Under the pieces are notes generated by a model. It was not told where the DNA came from and searched no databases. It saw nothing but the letters and a program-made list of their open reading frames with translations. Shown here in pieces: positions 24,611 through 32,000 of a stretch of DNA of 32,000 bases; the first letter of the stretch is position 1; each line of letters opens with the position of its first letter. This stretch comes from Pyrolobus fumarii 1A (GTDB lineage Archaea > Thermoproteota > Thermoprotei_A > Sulfolobales > Pyrodictiaceae). Position numbers and translations under genes: made by a program. Location: NCBI RefSeq assembly GCF_000223395.1, contig NC_015931.1, positions 1 through 32,000 of the forward strand, written 5' to 3'.

Positions 24611-24919
24611 ATGGAGTGCAAGAGGTATTTTGTTAAGGTCGGTGATAGGGAGATCGAAATAACGCCGGACGTGTTGGAGATAATCCACGAGTACATCCAC
24701 CGCCCGATGAGCCTCGAGGAGCTAGCGTCCAAGCTAGGCCTTGACAGCTGGGAGGACGCCTACATCTTCATTAAGAGGATCCCAGGCTGGCTCATGTGGA
24801 TGCCGGTTAGCCTCTGGAGGTACCACTATAAGAAGTGCGGCTTCGAGTACGTACCACAAACGCCACCAGAGACGGTAGAGGCGCCAAGCAGCGAGGGCGG
24901 GGAGAGCGCAGAGGCCTAG
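24611..24919 (+). CDS. Hypothetical small protein
   Basis: ATG-initiated ORF with typical composition. No motif recognised. Confidence 0.45.
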   Translation: MECKRYFVKVGDREIEITPDVLEIIHEYIHRPMSLEELASKLGLDSWEDAYIFIKRIPGWLMWMPVSLWRYHYKKCGFEYVPQTPPETVEAPSSEGGESAEA

Positions 24920-25971
24920 AGCTCCCAGTAGGGCTCCAGAGCCTTCTTAACCCTCTCCACGAACCTCCTGAACCTCCCGACTGTTTCGCCGGGTGCCTCT
25001 ACACTCTCTTCTCGTACTGGCGGCTCCTCTTCGGTTAGACTCGCAACAACTCTAACACCGTCGCGCAACACGCGAAGGTCATACCCGCCTTCGAGCATCA
25101 GTGCCAAGCCTCTACCAGTCAGTCTCTCGGCGAGCACCAGCACCTCGCGAAGCAACGCCCAGTAGCCCTCTAGCGTCAACGCCAGGTCTGTAAGAGGATC
25201 ATCCTTGTGCGCGTCGAACCCCAAACTCACGAGTATAAGCTGAGGTTTGTACCGTTCGAGTATAGGCATGGCTATCTCGTGCCAAGCCTTAAGGTATAGC
25301 TGGTCTGTAGCCAACGGCGGCATCATGATGTTAACTGTGTATCCTAGGCCCTCGCCACGCCCAAGCTCCTCCGGGAACCCTCTCCCCGGGTAGAGCGTAC
25401 GCGGATCCTGGTGGAAACTTATGTAGAGCACGTCACGTCTATCATAGAATATCTCTGCGGTTCCATCGCCCCAGTGAGCATCTACATCGATTATGGCTAT
25501 GCGCTTCAAACCGTGATCCTCGATCATACGCTGCGCAGCATAAGCGATATTGTTGAATAGGCAGAATCCAGCCGCCCTCCTCTTGCCAGCATGGTGACCC
25601 GGAGGTCTGACAGCAGCGTAGACGACTCTGTACCTACCCTCATAGGCGAGACGTGCAGCCTCGTAAGCTGTGCCTAGCGCGTGTAGCGCCGCTTCAAGCG
25701 ATCCCGGGCCAACGTAAGTGTCTGGGTCGAGATACTGGGGGTATTCGCTAGCCTCGGCAACCATGCCGACATAGTCTTGGTCGTGTACGCGTGTTGCCTC
25801 TTCAAGAGGGACGCTCCTAGGCTCTAAGAGCGCCACTATACCGTCAGACGCTAGTCTCGCAGCTTCTTCACGGATGACACGTACTCTGGCAGGCCTTTCA
25901 GGGTGAGAGTATCCCGGTGGCCTATGCTTCTCAAAAACTTCCCCAGTTATCACGGCCGTCTGAGGCTGCAT
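24916..25971 (-). CDS. Histone-deacetylase-family (class I/II HDAC / AcuC / acetylpolyamine amidohydrolase) Zn-dependent deacetylase
   Basis: RPPGHHA, IDVDAHWGDGT (Asp/His metal ligands) and LEGGYD. Confidence 0.9.
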   Translation of the reverse strand: MQPQTAVITGEVFEKHRPPGYSHPERPARVRVIREEAARLASDGIVALLEPRSVPLEEATRVHDQDYVGMVAEASEYPQYLDPDTYVGPGSLEAALHALGTAYEAARLAYEGRYRVVYAAVRPPGHHAGKRRAAGFCLFNNIAYAAQRMIEDHGLKRIAIIDVDAHWGDGTAEIFYDRRDVLYISFHQDPRTLYPGRGFPEELGRGEGLGYTVNIMMPPLATDQLYLKAWHEIAMPILERYKPQLILVSLGFDAHKDDPLTDLALTLEGYWALLREVLVLAERLTGRGLALMLEGGYDLRVLRDGVRVVASLTEEEPPVREESVEAPGETVGRFRRFVERVKKALEPYWEL

Positions 25972-26012
25972 CCGCGCTCCCGTTGCTTGCTCTCAGAGGG
26001 GGTATACTCGGG

Positions 26013-28115
26013 TTAGGCGAACGCGTAGCATCCAGGCTTCCTCTCGTATATCACGCCGTCTCTCGTTAGGTTTCTTATTGTCTCCTCTACTAGCAGCGAG
26101 TCTATACCCTCCTGTGCCGCCCTCTTCACCAGCTCCTTCATGGTGACACATTCTTCGCTACTCGTGGATGCTAGCTCACGTAGCAGGTTAAGCACCTTCA
26201 GCATCTTCTCTCGCTTGCTCTTCGGCTTCCCAGTCATAATAGTGTCTATGTCTATGGCGCCACTCTCAACGTCGATACCCGCGCTGGCTAGGAACGAGAG
26301 TACCAGGCGTATTGCCGCCTCTGCGTCTTCCCTCGTAACCTTGTCCTTGAGTCTCATCCTGGCGTGTGCCTCTGCAAGGCGTATCAGGGCCTCAAGCTGC
26401 CTCGCTGTGAGCGGTATAGCGCTGTTTGGCCCCGCTGCAGCCTTTCTCATCTCGGTGAAGAAGTCCTCGAGAAGCTTCATAGCTTCCTCGGTTAGCCGGG
26501 GCCTCACATATCTCCTGGCATAGCTGATGTACTTGCGGAGGAGGTCTGGTGGTATCTCTGGTTTGATGCTATCAGCGTCGCTGTGAACCTGGAGTACGAA
26601 GCGAGCTAGTGCACGGTCTCTCTCCGGGTTGGGAATGTCGCGTATCACGAATATGAGGTCGAACCTTGAGAGTATGGGCGGCGGGAGGTTGATGTTCTCT
26701 GCTAGCGGCCTGTCAGGTAGGTAGCGGCCGAACCTCGGGTTACCTGCCGCAATGACCGTGGTACGCGCGTTGAGCCTAGCCACTATACCCGCCTTTGCTA
26801 TGCTCACCGTCTGTTGCTCCATGGCCTCGTGTATCGCGCTACGATCCTCTTCTCTCATCTTGTCAATCTCGTCTATCGCTGCAACACCACCATCGGCTAG
26901 GACTAGTGCACCTGCCTCTAGGTAGTACTCGCCCGTTGTCTTGTCGCGTATGACTGCTGCCGTTAGACCAGCTGCCGTTGCACCCTTGCCGGTCGTGTAG
27001 ATTGCGCGCGGCGCTATCTTGACAACATACTGTAGGAGTTGGCTCTTCGCAGTACCCGGGTCACCAATCATAAGCACGTGTATGTCGCCTCTACGCCTTG
27101 TACCATCACGGTGGACCTTCGGAACCCCGCCGAAGAGCGCGAGCGCAATAGCCTCCTTGATGTCCCACATGCCGTATATCGTTGGCGCTATGCTGACAAG
27201 GATCTTCTTCCTCACCCACGGGTCTCTGGCCAGCGCACGTATACGCTCCTCATCCTCCCTGGTTATCGTGACCTCCTCGAGAACCTTCTGCGAAACCTCG
27301 ATGTTGTTAGCCTCTATGTAGAGGTCGAATATACCCCTCTTCTTGCCGAGCGTAGTATCCGGTCTGACCCTCACAATACCAACAACCACTATACGGTCGC
27401 CGGGGCGCGCCGCGTCGACAAGCTCGTCGGTGAGTACAACCTCTATGCTGCGCGGTAGCTGGCCAGGCGGTACCTCCTCTGGCCTCTCCTGGAGCACTAT
27501 CTTCTGCCAGTCTATCATCTTCGACTTGTCATAGAGTATCTTGAAGCTCCCCCCGCTCTTGCCGCACACCGGGCACATCTTTGGCTTCTCGAGCTCGTCT
27601 AGTGGCCCGAGCTCGCCCTCTAGCGGCCAGTCGAATTCCTCGCCACACTCGGGGTGAACGTGCTTGAAGCGTATTCTAACCAGCTTCTCCTTGACGGGGG
27701 TTGCACGGACAAGTATACCCTCAAGCATCACGAGCTTGCCTATTGAGCTGCTTCTTATTCTTCGCAGCTCGGTTGTCTCGAGGAGGTTGCTAATCCTCAC
27801 GATGAACTTGTCTACACGTTCAACGTACTCTGGCTCCTCGTGCTCGACGAACTCGCGTAGCGCTTCGGAGAACGCTTTTAGAACAAAATCCGGGTTGTTG
27901 ACTAGCATCCTTGCCAGCGTCGCGTTAAACGTGTAAAGGTCTTTGAAATCCACGATGAGGCTGTGCCGACCCATCGAAATCATGCTCTTGACGCGCTCTC
28001 TGTACTTGTAGACGCCGGTGCGGTCGCGGAAGCTCCGGAGAAACTCCAAGAACTCCTCCTTAGGGTCCAGCACCTCCTCTACACGCCGCTGCTCAACAAT
28101 AGCCACTGAAGGCAC
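26013..28115 (-). CDS. mcm: MCM replicative helicase (no intein)
   Basis: N-terminal OB/Zn region HPECGEEF...CPVCGKSG; Walker A GDPGTAKSQLL; Walker B IDEIDKM; arginine finger SRFDLIF; C-terminal winged helix. Confidence 0.97.
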   Translation of the reverse strand: MPSVAIVEQRRVEEVLDPKEEFLEFLRSFRDRTGVYKYRERVKSMISMGRHSLIVDFKDLYTFNATLARMLVNNPDFVLKAFSEALREFVEHEEPEYVERVDKFIVRISNLLETTELRRIRSSSIGKLVMLEGILVRATPVKEKLVRIRFKHVHPECGEEFDWPLEGELGPLDELEKPKMCPVCGKSGGSFKILYDKSKMIDWQKIVLQERPEEVPPGQLPRSIEVVLTDELVDAARPGDRIVVVGIVRVRPDTTLGKKRGIFDLYIEANNIEVSQKVLEEVTITREDEERIRALARDPWVRKKILVSIAPTIYGMWDIKEAIALALFGGVPKVHRDGTRRRGDIHVLMIGDPGTAKSQLLQYVVKIAPRAIYTTGKGATAAGLTAAVIRDKTTGEYYLEAGALVLADGGVAAIDEIDKMREEDRSAIHEAMEQQTVSIAKAGIVARLNARTTVIAAGNPRFGRYLPDRPLAENINLPPPILSRFDLIFVIRDIPNPERDRALARFVLQVHSDADSIKPEIPPDLLRKYISYARRYVRPRLTEEAMKLLEDFFTEMRKAAAGPNSAIPLTARQLEALIRLAEAHARMRLKDKVTREDAEAAIRLVLSFLASAGIDVESGAIDIDTIMTGKPKSKREKMLKVLNLLRELASTSSEECVTMKELVKRAAQEGIDSLLVEETIRNLTRDGVIYERKPGCYAFA

Positions 28116-28148
28116 CCTTCTCTAGGCTAGGAGAGTGGGTATCTCCTA

Positions 28149-29084
28149 ATGCGGTTCACGCCCCGGAAACCAGAACGTCTAGCTGACGAGCTGCGCCGCC
28201 ACCTCCTATACTGCAATGTAAAAGATGCTATCTTTGCATCACTTCAGACGCTATCCGCGTTTAACTCCGACTGCTTGCGCCTCGCTCTTGCCTTCTCATG
28301 GGCAGCTGGCCTGGACGCCCTTCTAGAGAAGCCCCCCGCCGCTGGTGGGCTCTATGGCAAGCCCGACCTTACACCCATCGATTTGGCCAGTGTGCCTGGA
28401 CTCGTGTGGCAAACAACAATGGCCTCGTGTAGCCTTGGTCTTTCACCTGCCACTCCTGCCGGTCTTGCACTCGCCCCAGCACTAGCCACTGTATCGTTGC
28501 AGCCACGCGGCAACGCTGCACAAGGGGTACTAGCAGCGCTATCCCTCATCGCGTTTGCCTTGCCACGCGCCGACTGGCGTACAGACCGAGTGCCAGGCGC
28601 TCTGCTACACATCATGGAGGGCGATGATGGTCTTGGATCGGCTCTCTTCTATGCTACACTCGTAGCCTCTAGACCAGGCTTCCTAGCGAGGTTATCCTAT
28701 GCAGGTCTTCCAGATGCTACCGACCCTTGCTCGCCCCGCGAGCTTATCATAGCCAGGAAGACCCTCGCCACCATATTGAGGATTGCAGGAGAGACGAGCA
28801 TATTATGGAGGGATTTTGTAGAAGGACTGCCAAGGATACTGAGTCTTTCCAAACTCCATCCTCTACTTGCGTACAGCGAGACATTCCGCGTTTATGGTTT
28901 GGAGTCGGGCGTTGCAAGAAGAAGAAGTGGAGGAGCAACTATCACTCGTTGGCATCCCCGTGACTCGTGGCTAGCGGGCATGTCTGGCGCGTCGCCGGGC
29001 GACGTTGCCGACCTTGCTGTCGTTGCGGCTGGCCTCGCTATTCTCAACACGCTCGACAATACCCTTCTCGAGAGCAAGAGCTAA
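28149..29084 (+). CDS. Orphan hypothetical protein (311 aa) with atypical Ala/Leu/Pro/Ser-rich, charge-poor composition
   Basis: It is the only long ORF on either strand across 28.15-28.97 kb, so a chance origin is unlikely for 311 codons at this GC. I recognise no motif. The start is only 33 nt from the divergent mcm start, and the 3' end overlaps the helicase gene by 114 nt. Confidence 0.4.
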   Translation: MRFTPRKPERLADELRRHLLYCNVKDAIFASLQTLSAFNSDCLRLALAFSWAAGLDALLEKPPAAGGLYGKPDLTPIDLASVPGLVWQTTMASCSLGLSPATPAGLALAPALATVSLQPRGNAAQGVLAALSLIAFALPRADWRTDRVPGALLHIMEGDDGLGSALFYATLVASRPGFLARLSYAGLPDATDPCSPRELIIARKTLATILRIAGETSILWRDFVEGLPRILSLSKLHPLLAYSETFRVYGLESGVARRRSGGATITRWHPRDSWLAGMSGASPGDVADLAVVAAGLAILNTLDNTLLESKS

Positions 29085-31997
29085 ACAGTAGAGCGTCTCG
29101 AGCGTCTCGCGGGCTATGCTTCGTAACACCTTTACGACTGGCTCCGGGTTCCGTTCTTCGCGCGCACGCTTCATAGCCTCCTGTAGCTCCTCGCCAAACC
29201 TGCTTGTCTGCCTGGCAAGCCTCCTTCCAACATCGCCCAGAGCCACTAGGGGCACATCACCCACTCTCTTTCTCAACTCCTCTGCGAGATCCACTAGCTT
29301 CCCCTCACGCTTCGCATGATCCACAATCATGTACGCCATGTATGCGCCTGCAAGCAGATTCACTAGCAACCTTTCCTGACCATAATGGTAGACCTTGTAG
29401 CCCTCCTTGAACAACTTGCCTAGGAGCCCATAGAGCTTAACGCTAACCTCATAACCACTCGTAACACCAGGCTCATAGGTGTAGACGTCTATCTTCGGAC
29501 CACTGCCATCATGCACGCCTATCACGTCAACGAGGACTGTTCTACCAGTATCGACTTTCTCGTGGAGGATTAGAAGTGTGGCTATCCTGTGCTCTGGGGA
29601 GGGCCTTGGACACTCTACCCTTACACCAGCAATCTCAACACTCCTCACACCAGCTATTAGCTTGGCCATTCTCGCGGCGTATAACGGAAGAGCGTCTATG
29701 AGCTTCTCATTCTGGACGACACTGTTGTACACGGCGGGGTCTATTGCTGCGAGGAGTGTGAGAGCGAGCGGCGTTGGTTTGAACGACTCGACCTCCCGGG
29801 CAATCCTAGCCCAGTCTAGACCTTCAATGATACCCGCTGGTTCCTCCTCCCATATGTGGATGCGCTTCACTATACCTGCTGGCATCACAGTATAGCGTAA
29901 CAGGCCCAACGGCAACGAGTAGTCACTGAGCCTTAGGAACACCTGGAGGTATGCTAGGCCCGCTTCGATCTCCAAGGGGTCGGTATCGCTCGGCACCTCT
30001 ACGACGTAACCGTAGGTGAAATCGCTATACTTGCCGCTAGTTGCAACATCAAGCTGTATGCTGTGTATCTCGTGGTAGACCCTACCGCTTCTCGTTATCC
30101 TGGGTCTCCTGCTCTCAACAACCCACTCTACACCCGCTGGGAGCTCCACGAGAGGCCCAAAACCAGCTACTGGAGCCTCTACGCGAAGCACTACACTCGT
30201 GGATACACGGCCATAGAGAAGGTCTCCGGCTATATCCGGTCTCTCCCTCCACATCAGTTTGACATCCTCATACTCGCCAACCGCCTTCCTCAGCCACTCG
30301 TAGCGCTCCACGGCCCTCTCAATAGGCTCCTCGACTATCCTAAGCTTCCCCGCGTCATGCTCCACGACGATGGCGTTTGTGGTGTAGTCGTAGCATCCCG
30401 GCTGGAGCCTCTCCACCGCCTCGCGTATCGAAGCCTCCTCTGGCACCCTTTCTTCACGACCATTACGCCGTATGTACCTCTTGTAGCCGTAAGGTGGCCC
30501 ATACTCGTAGAACCCAAGGTTGTTCCAGACCTTCATGCCCTTCTCGCTCGGCCAGATGCGCTCGCCAGCAAGCGTATGCTTCACGGTAACCAGGCCGAAC
30601 TTCCGGAGAACTTCCTCCTCGTCTGGGTCTAGCTTCAGCCCGCGGAAGGTCTTCCAGAGGCCGCGGAAGAGAGCTGCATAGGCGTTACGCGGATTTATGT
30701 AGAGCTTCTCTAGATGGAGCCTGGTCCATTCTCTGACCGCCTCTGCGCCAGCGCGCAAGAGCTTCGAGTCCCACAGCCCCTGAGGTATGAGGACAGACTC
30801 TGTGAACGGTATCTCTTTACGTCTGCCTTTCCTACCCTCTCTCTGATGAAACTCGCGTGTATCCGATGGGAGACCAACGTGCACAACACGGACTATCGTC
30901 CCTATGTCTATGCCCTGTGCCAGCGTCCTGACTGTAACCACGAGCTTTAATCGTCCTTCACGCGCTGCTCTCTCCACCTCCTCTCTCCTATCTTTAGGCA
31001 CCAGATGATGATGTACAGCAGCGAGACTCTTTGCACGAGGGTTACGGTCTAGCAGCGAACGATAGACGCGCTCAGCATGTCTAATGCTCCTAGTGAAGGC
31101 GAGTGTGACACCATCCTCCTCTAAGTCGAGTATAGCAGAGAGTATCTCAACTGGATCGAGGCTAGGACGTGGCGGTCTTAATCCAATAGCCTCTAGAGCC
31201 TCGTACACCTCGTAAGCTCTCTCTGCGAACTCCTCCTCATCGTCGAGTAGCTCGAGTACCCATGGCACCCGGGAGGCTATCACACTCGCGTTTTGCTTTA
31301 CAAACCGTCTCAGCGCATCTACTCCCTTGCCAAGGACTAGTACGTACCTGTTCGGCGGGCGACGAGGACTACCAGTTATCACACGGCTCTTCCTACCCGT
31401 TATTCTCTCGAGGAGTTTTGCGAGTTCGCCAGGGTTGCCCAGCGTCGCGGTTAATACTGCAACACGTGGAGGCTCAACAGCAATGTATCTCGAGATCAAC
31501 TCCAACATTGCTATGAGAAGATGGGCGCCTCGAGGACCATAGAAGTCCAACTCATCAAGAACTATAAGGTCAACACGTGTCAAGAAGTGTTCTAGGAGGC
31601 CTCTACCGACAGCTATTCTTTTCAGCTCCGCCATGAGAAACGCGGGGTTACTCACAACCACCTTAGCCGCAGATAAAGCCCGGATGACGCCATGCGGGCC
31701 CCCCAGCTTGTCCAAGGTAGGCCTGTCAAGCCTCATTACAGCATGTGGCCCATAGCCTGCTAGTGTATAGTACTTCTCGAGCCTATGGATCTGGTCGGCT
31801 GCCAAAGCTAGAGTCGGGTAGATTGCAAGTACGCGCCATCCCTCTGCCAGAGCCGCTAGAGCCCAGGACTCTGTCTTGCCGGAGCCCGTGCGCGCCGTCA
31901 ATACTATGTTCTCTCCTCGACGTAGAGCCTCGATCGACTCGACTTGGTGCCTATAGAGCCTCCAGGAGCCGACCTCACTGCCGGCAAGCCGTGGCAC
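28971..31997 (-). CDS. Large SF2 (DEAD/DEAH-like) helicase, >=1008 aa, with a long unassigned C-terminal region; the 5' end is at the window edge and possibly incomplete
   Basis: Motif I TARTGSGKT, motif II VLDELDFY, motif III LTATLG and motif VI HQREGRKGRR lie in the first ~400 aa. About 600 further residues have no motif I can name. GTG 31997 may be the true start because motif I lies about 40 aa downstream. Confidence 0.85.
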   Translation of the reverse strand: MPRLAGSEVGSWRLYRHQVESIEALRRGENIVLTARTGSGKTESWALAALAEGWRVLAIYPTLALAADQIHRLEKYYTLAGYGPHAVMRLDRPTLDKLGGPHGVIRALSAAKVVVSNPAFLMAELKRIAVGRGLLEHFLTRVDLIVLDELDFYGPRGAHLLIAMLELISRYIAVEPPRVAVLTATLGNPGELAKLLERITGRKSRVITGSPRRPPNRYVLVLGKGVDALRRFVKQNASVIASRVPWVLELLDDEEEFAERAYEVYEALEAIGLRPPRPSLDPVEILSAILDLEEDGVTLAFTRSIRHAERVYRSLLDRNPRAKSLAAVHHHLVPKDRREEVERAAREGRLKLVVTVRTLAQGIDIGTIVRVVHVGLPSDTREFHQREGRKGRRKEIPFTESVLIPQGLWDSKLLRAGAEAVREWTRLHLEKLYINPRNAYAALFRGLWKTFRGLKLDPDEEEVLRKFGLVTVKHTLAGERIWPSEKGMKVWNNLGFYEYGPPYGYKRYIRRNGREERVPEEASIREAVERLQPGCYDYTTNAIVVEHDAGKLRIVEEPIERAVERYEWLRKAVGEYEDVKLMWRERPDIAGDLLYGRVSTSVVLRVEAPVAGFGPLVELPAGVEWVVESRRPRITRSGRVYHEIHSIQLDVATSGKYSDFTYGYVVEVPSDTDPLEIEAGLAYLQVFLRLSDYSLPLGLLRYTVMPAGIVKRIHIWEEEPAGIIEGLDWARIAREVESFKPTPLALTLLAAIDPAVYNSVVQNEKLIDALPLYAARMAKLIAGVRSVEIAGVRVECPRPSPEHRIATLLILHEKVDTGRTVLVDVIGVHDGSGPKIDVYTYEPGVTSGYEVSVKLYGLLGKLFKEGYKVYHYGQERLLVNLLAGAYMAYMIVDHAKREGKLVDLAEELRKRVGDVPLVALGDVGRRLARQTSRFGEELQEAMKRAREERNPEPVVKVLRSIARETLETLYCLALALEKGIVERVENSEASRNDSKVGNVARRRARHAR

Positions 31998-32000
31998 GAT

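Noticed and set aside
25407-25419. ORB-like TCCTGGTGGAAAC inside the HDAC gene
   Set aside because: It is an imperfect single copy (the dyad is broken), lies inside a well-supported CDS, and has no partner repeats or A/T-rich tract nearby.
30063-30632. 189-aa plus-strand ORF, plus several 60-130 aa ORFs at 29116-31542
   Set aside because: All are antisense to the continuous 1008-aa helicase ORF that carries SF2 motifs. They have no independent start context or motifs.

Overview
Gene-dense (roughly 90% coding) 32-kb chromosomal window from a GC-rich archaeon. It is most consistent with a hyperthermophilic crenarchaeote (Thermoprotei, Desulfurococcales-like). That placement is an inference from Orc1/Cdc6 plus MCM, a tRNA with encoded CCA, AGG/ATA/AAG/GAG-rich codon use, Glu/Lys/Arg-rich proteins, frequent GTG/TTG starts and A/T-rich TATA-like boxes about 25-35 nt upstream of starts. 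I support one tRNA-Ala(CGC) and about 36 protein genes. Replication: Orc1/Cdc6, MCM and a >1000-aa SF2 helicase. RNA modification/processing: TrmI, a NOL1/NOP2/Sun m5C methyltransferase and a PIN_5/HARP-type RNA-free RNase P homologue. Cofactors: PdxT, a DUF357-RibL fusion and a beta-RFAP-synthase-like GHMP protein. Fe-S and radical-SAM proteins: a HemN-like protein, an HhH-containing DNA-repair-type radical SAM, an HdrD/GlcF-like CCG protein, a PAPS-reductase-like PP-loop/ferredoxin fusion and an orphan NuoB-like protein. Others: a GT2-GtrA dolichyl-phosphate glycosyltransferase, thioredoxin reductase, an HDAC-family deacetylase, an M24 peptidase and several small winged-helix or Cys-rich hypotheticals. 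I saw no CRISPR array, rRNA, transposase/integrase or obvious prophage/att structure. The best candidates for undescribed biology are five. (1) A tightly packed SWIM zinc finger / orphan NuoB-like / PP-loop-ferredoxin / small-protein cluster at 2.6-6.2 kb. (2) A HARP(PIN_5)-Arch_ATPase pair at 8.4-10.1 kb. (3) A compositionally atypical orphan ORF between MCM and a giant helicase with a long unassigned C-terminal region at 28.1-32 kb. (4) Orc1/Cdc6 translationally coupled to a DUF99 (EndoV-like) gene, with an ORB-like dyad on its own start. (5) A DUF1028 + HhH radical-SAM pair. All product calls come from motif recognition by eye; no database search was possible.
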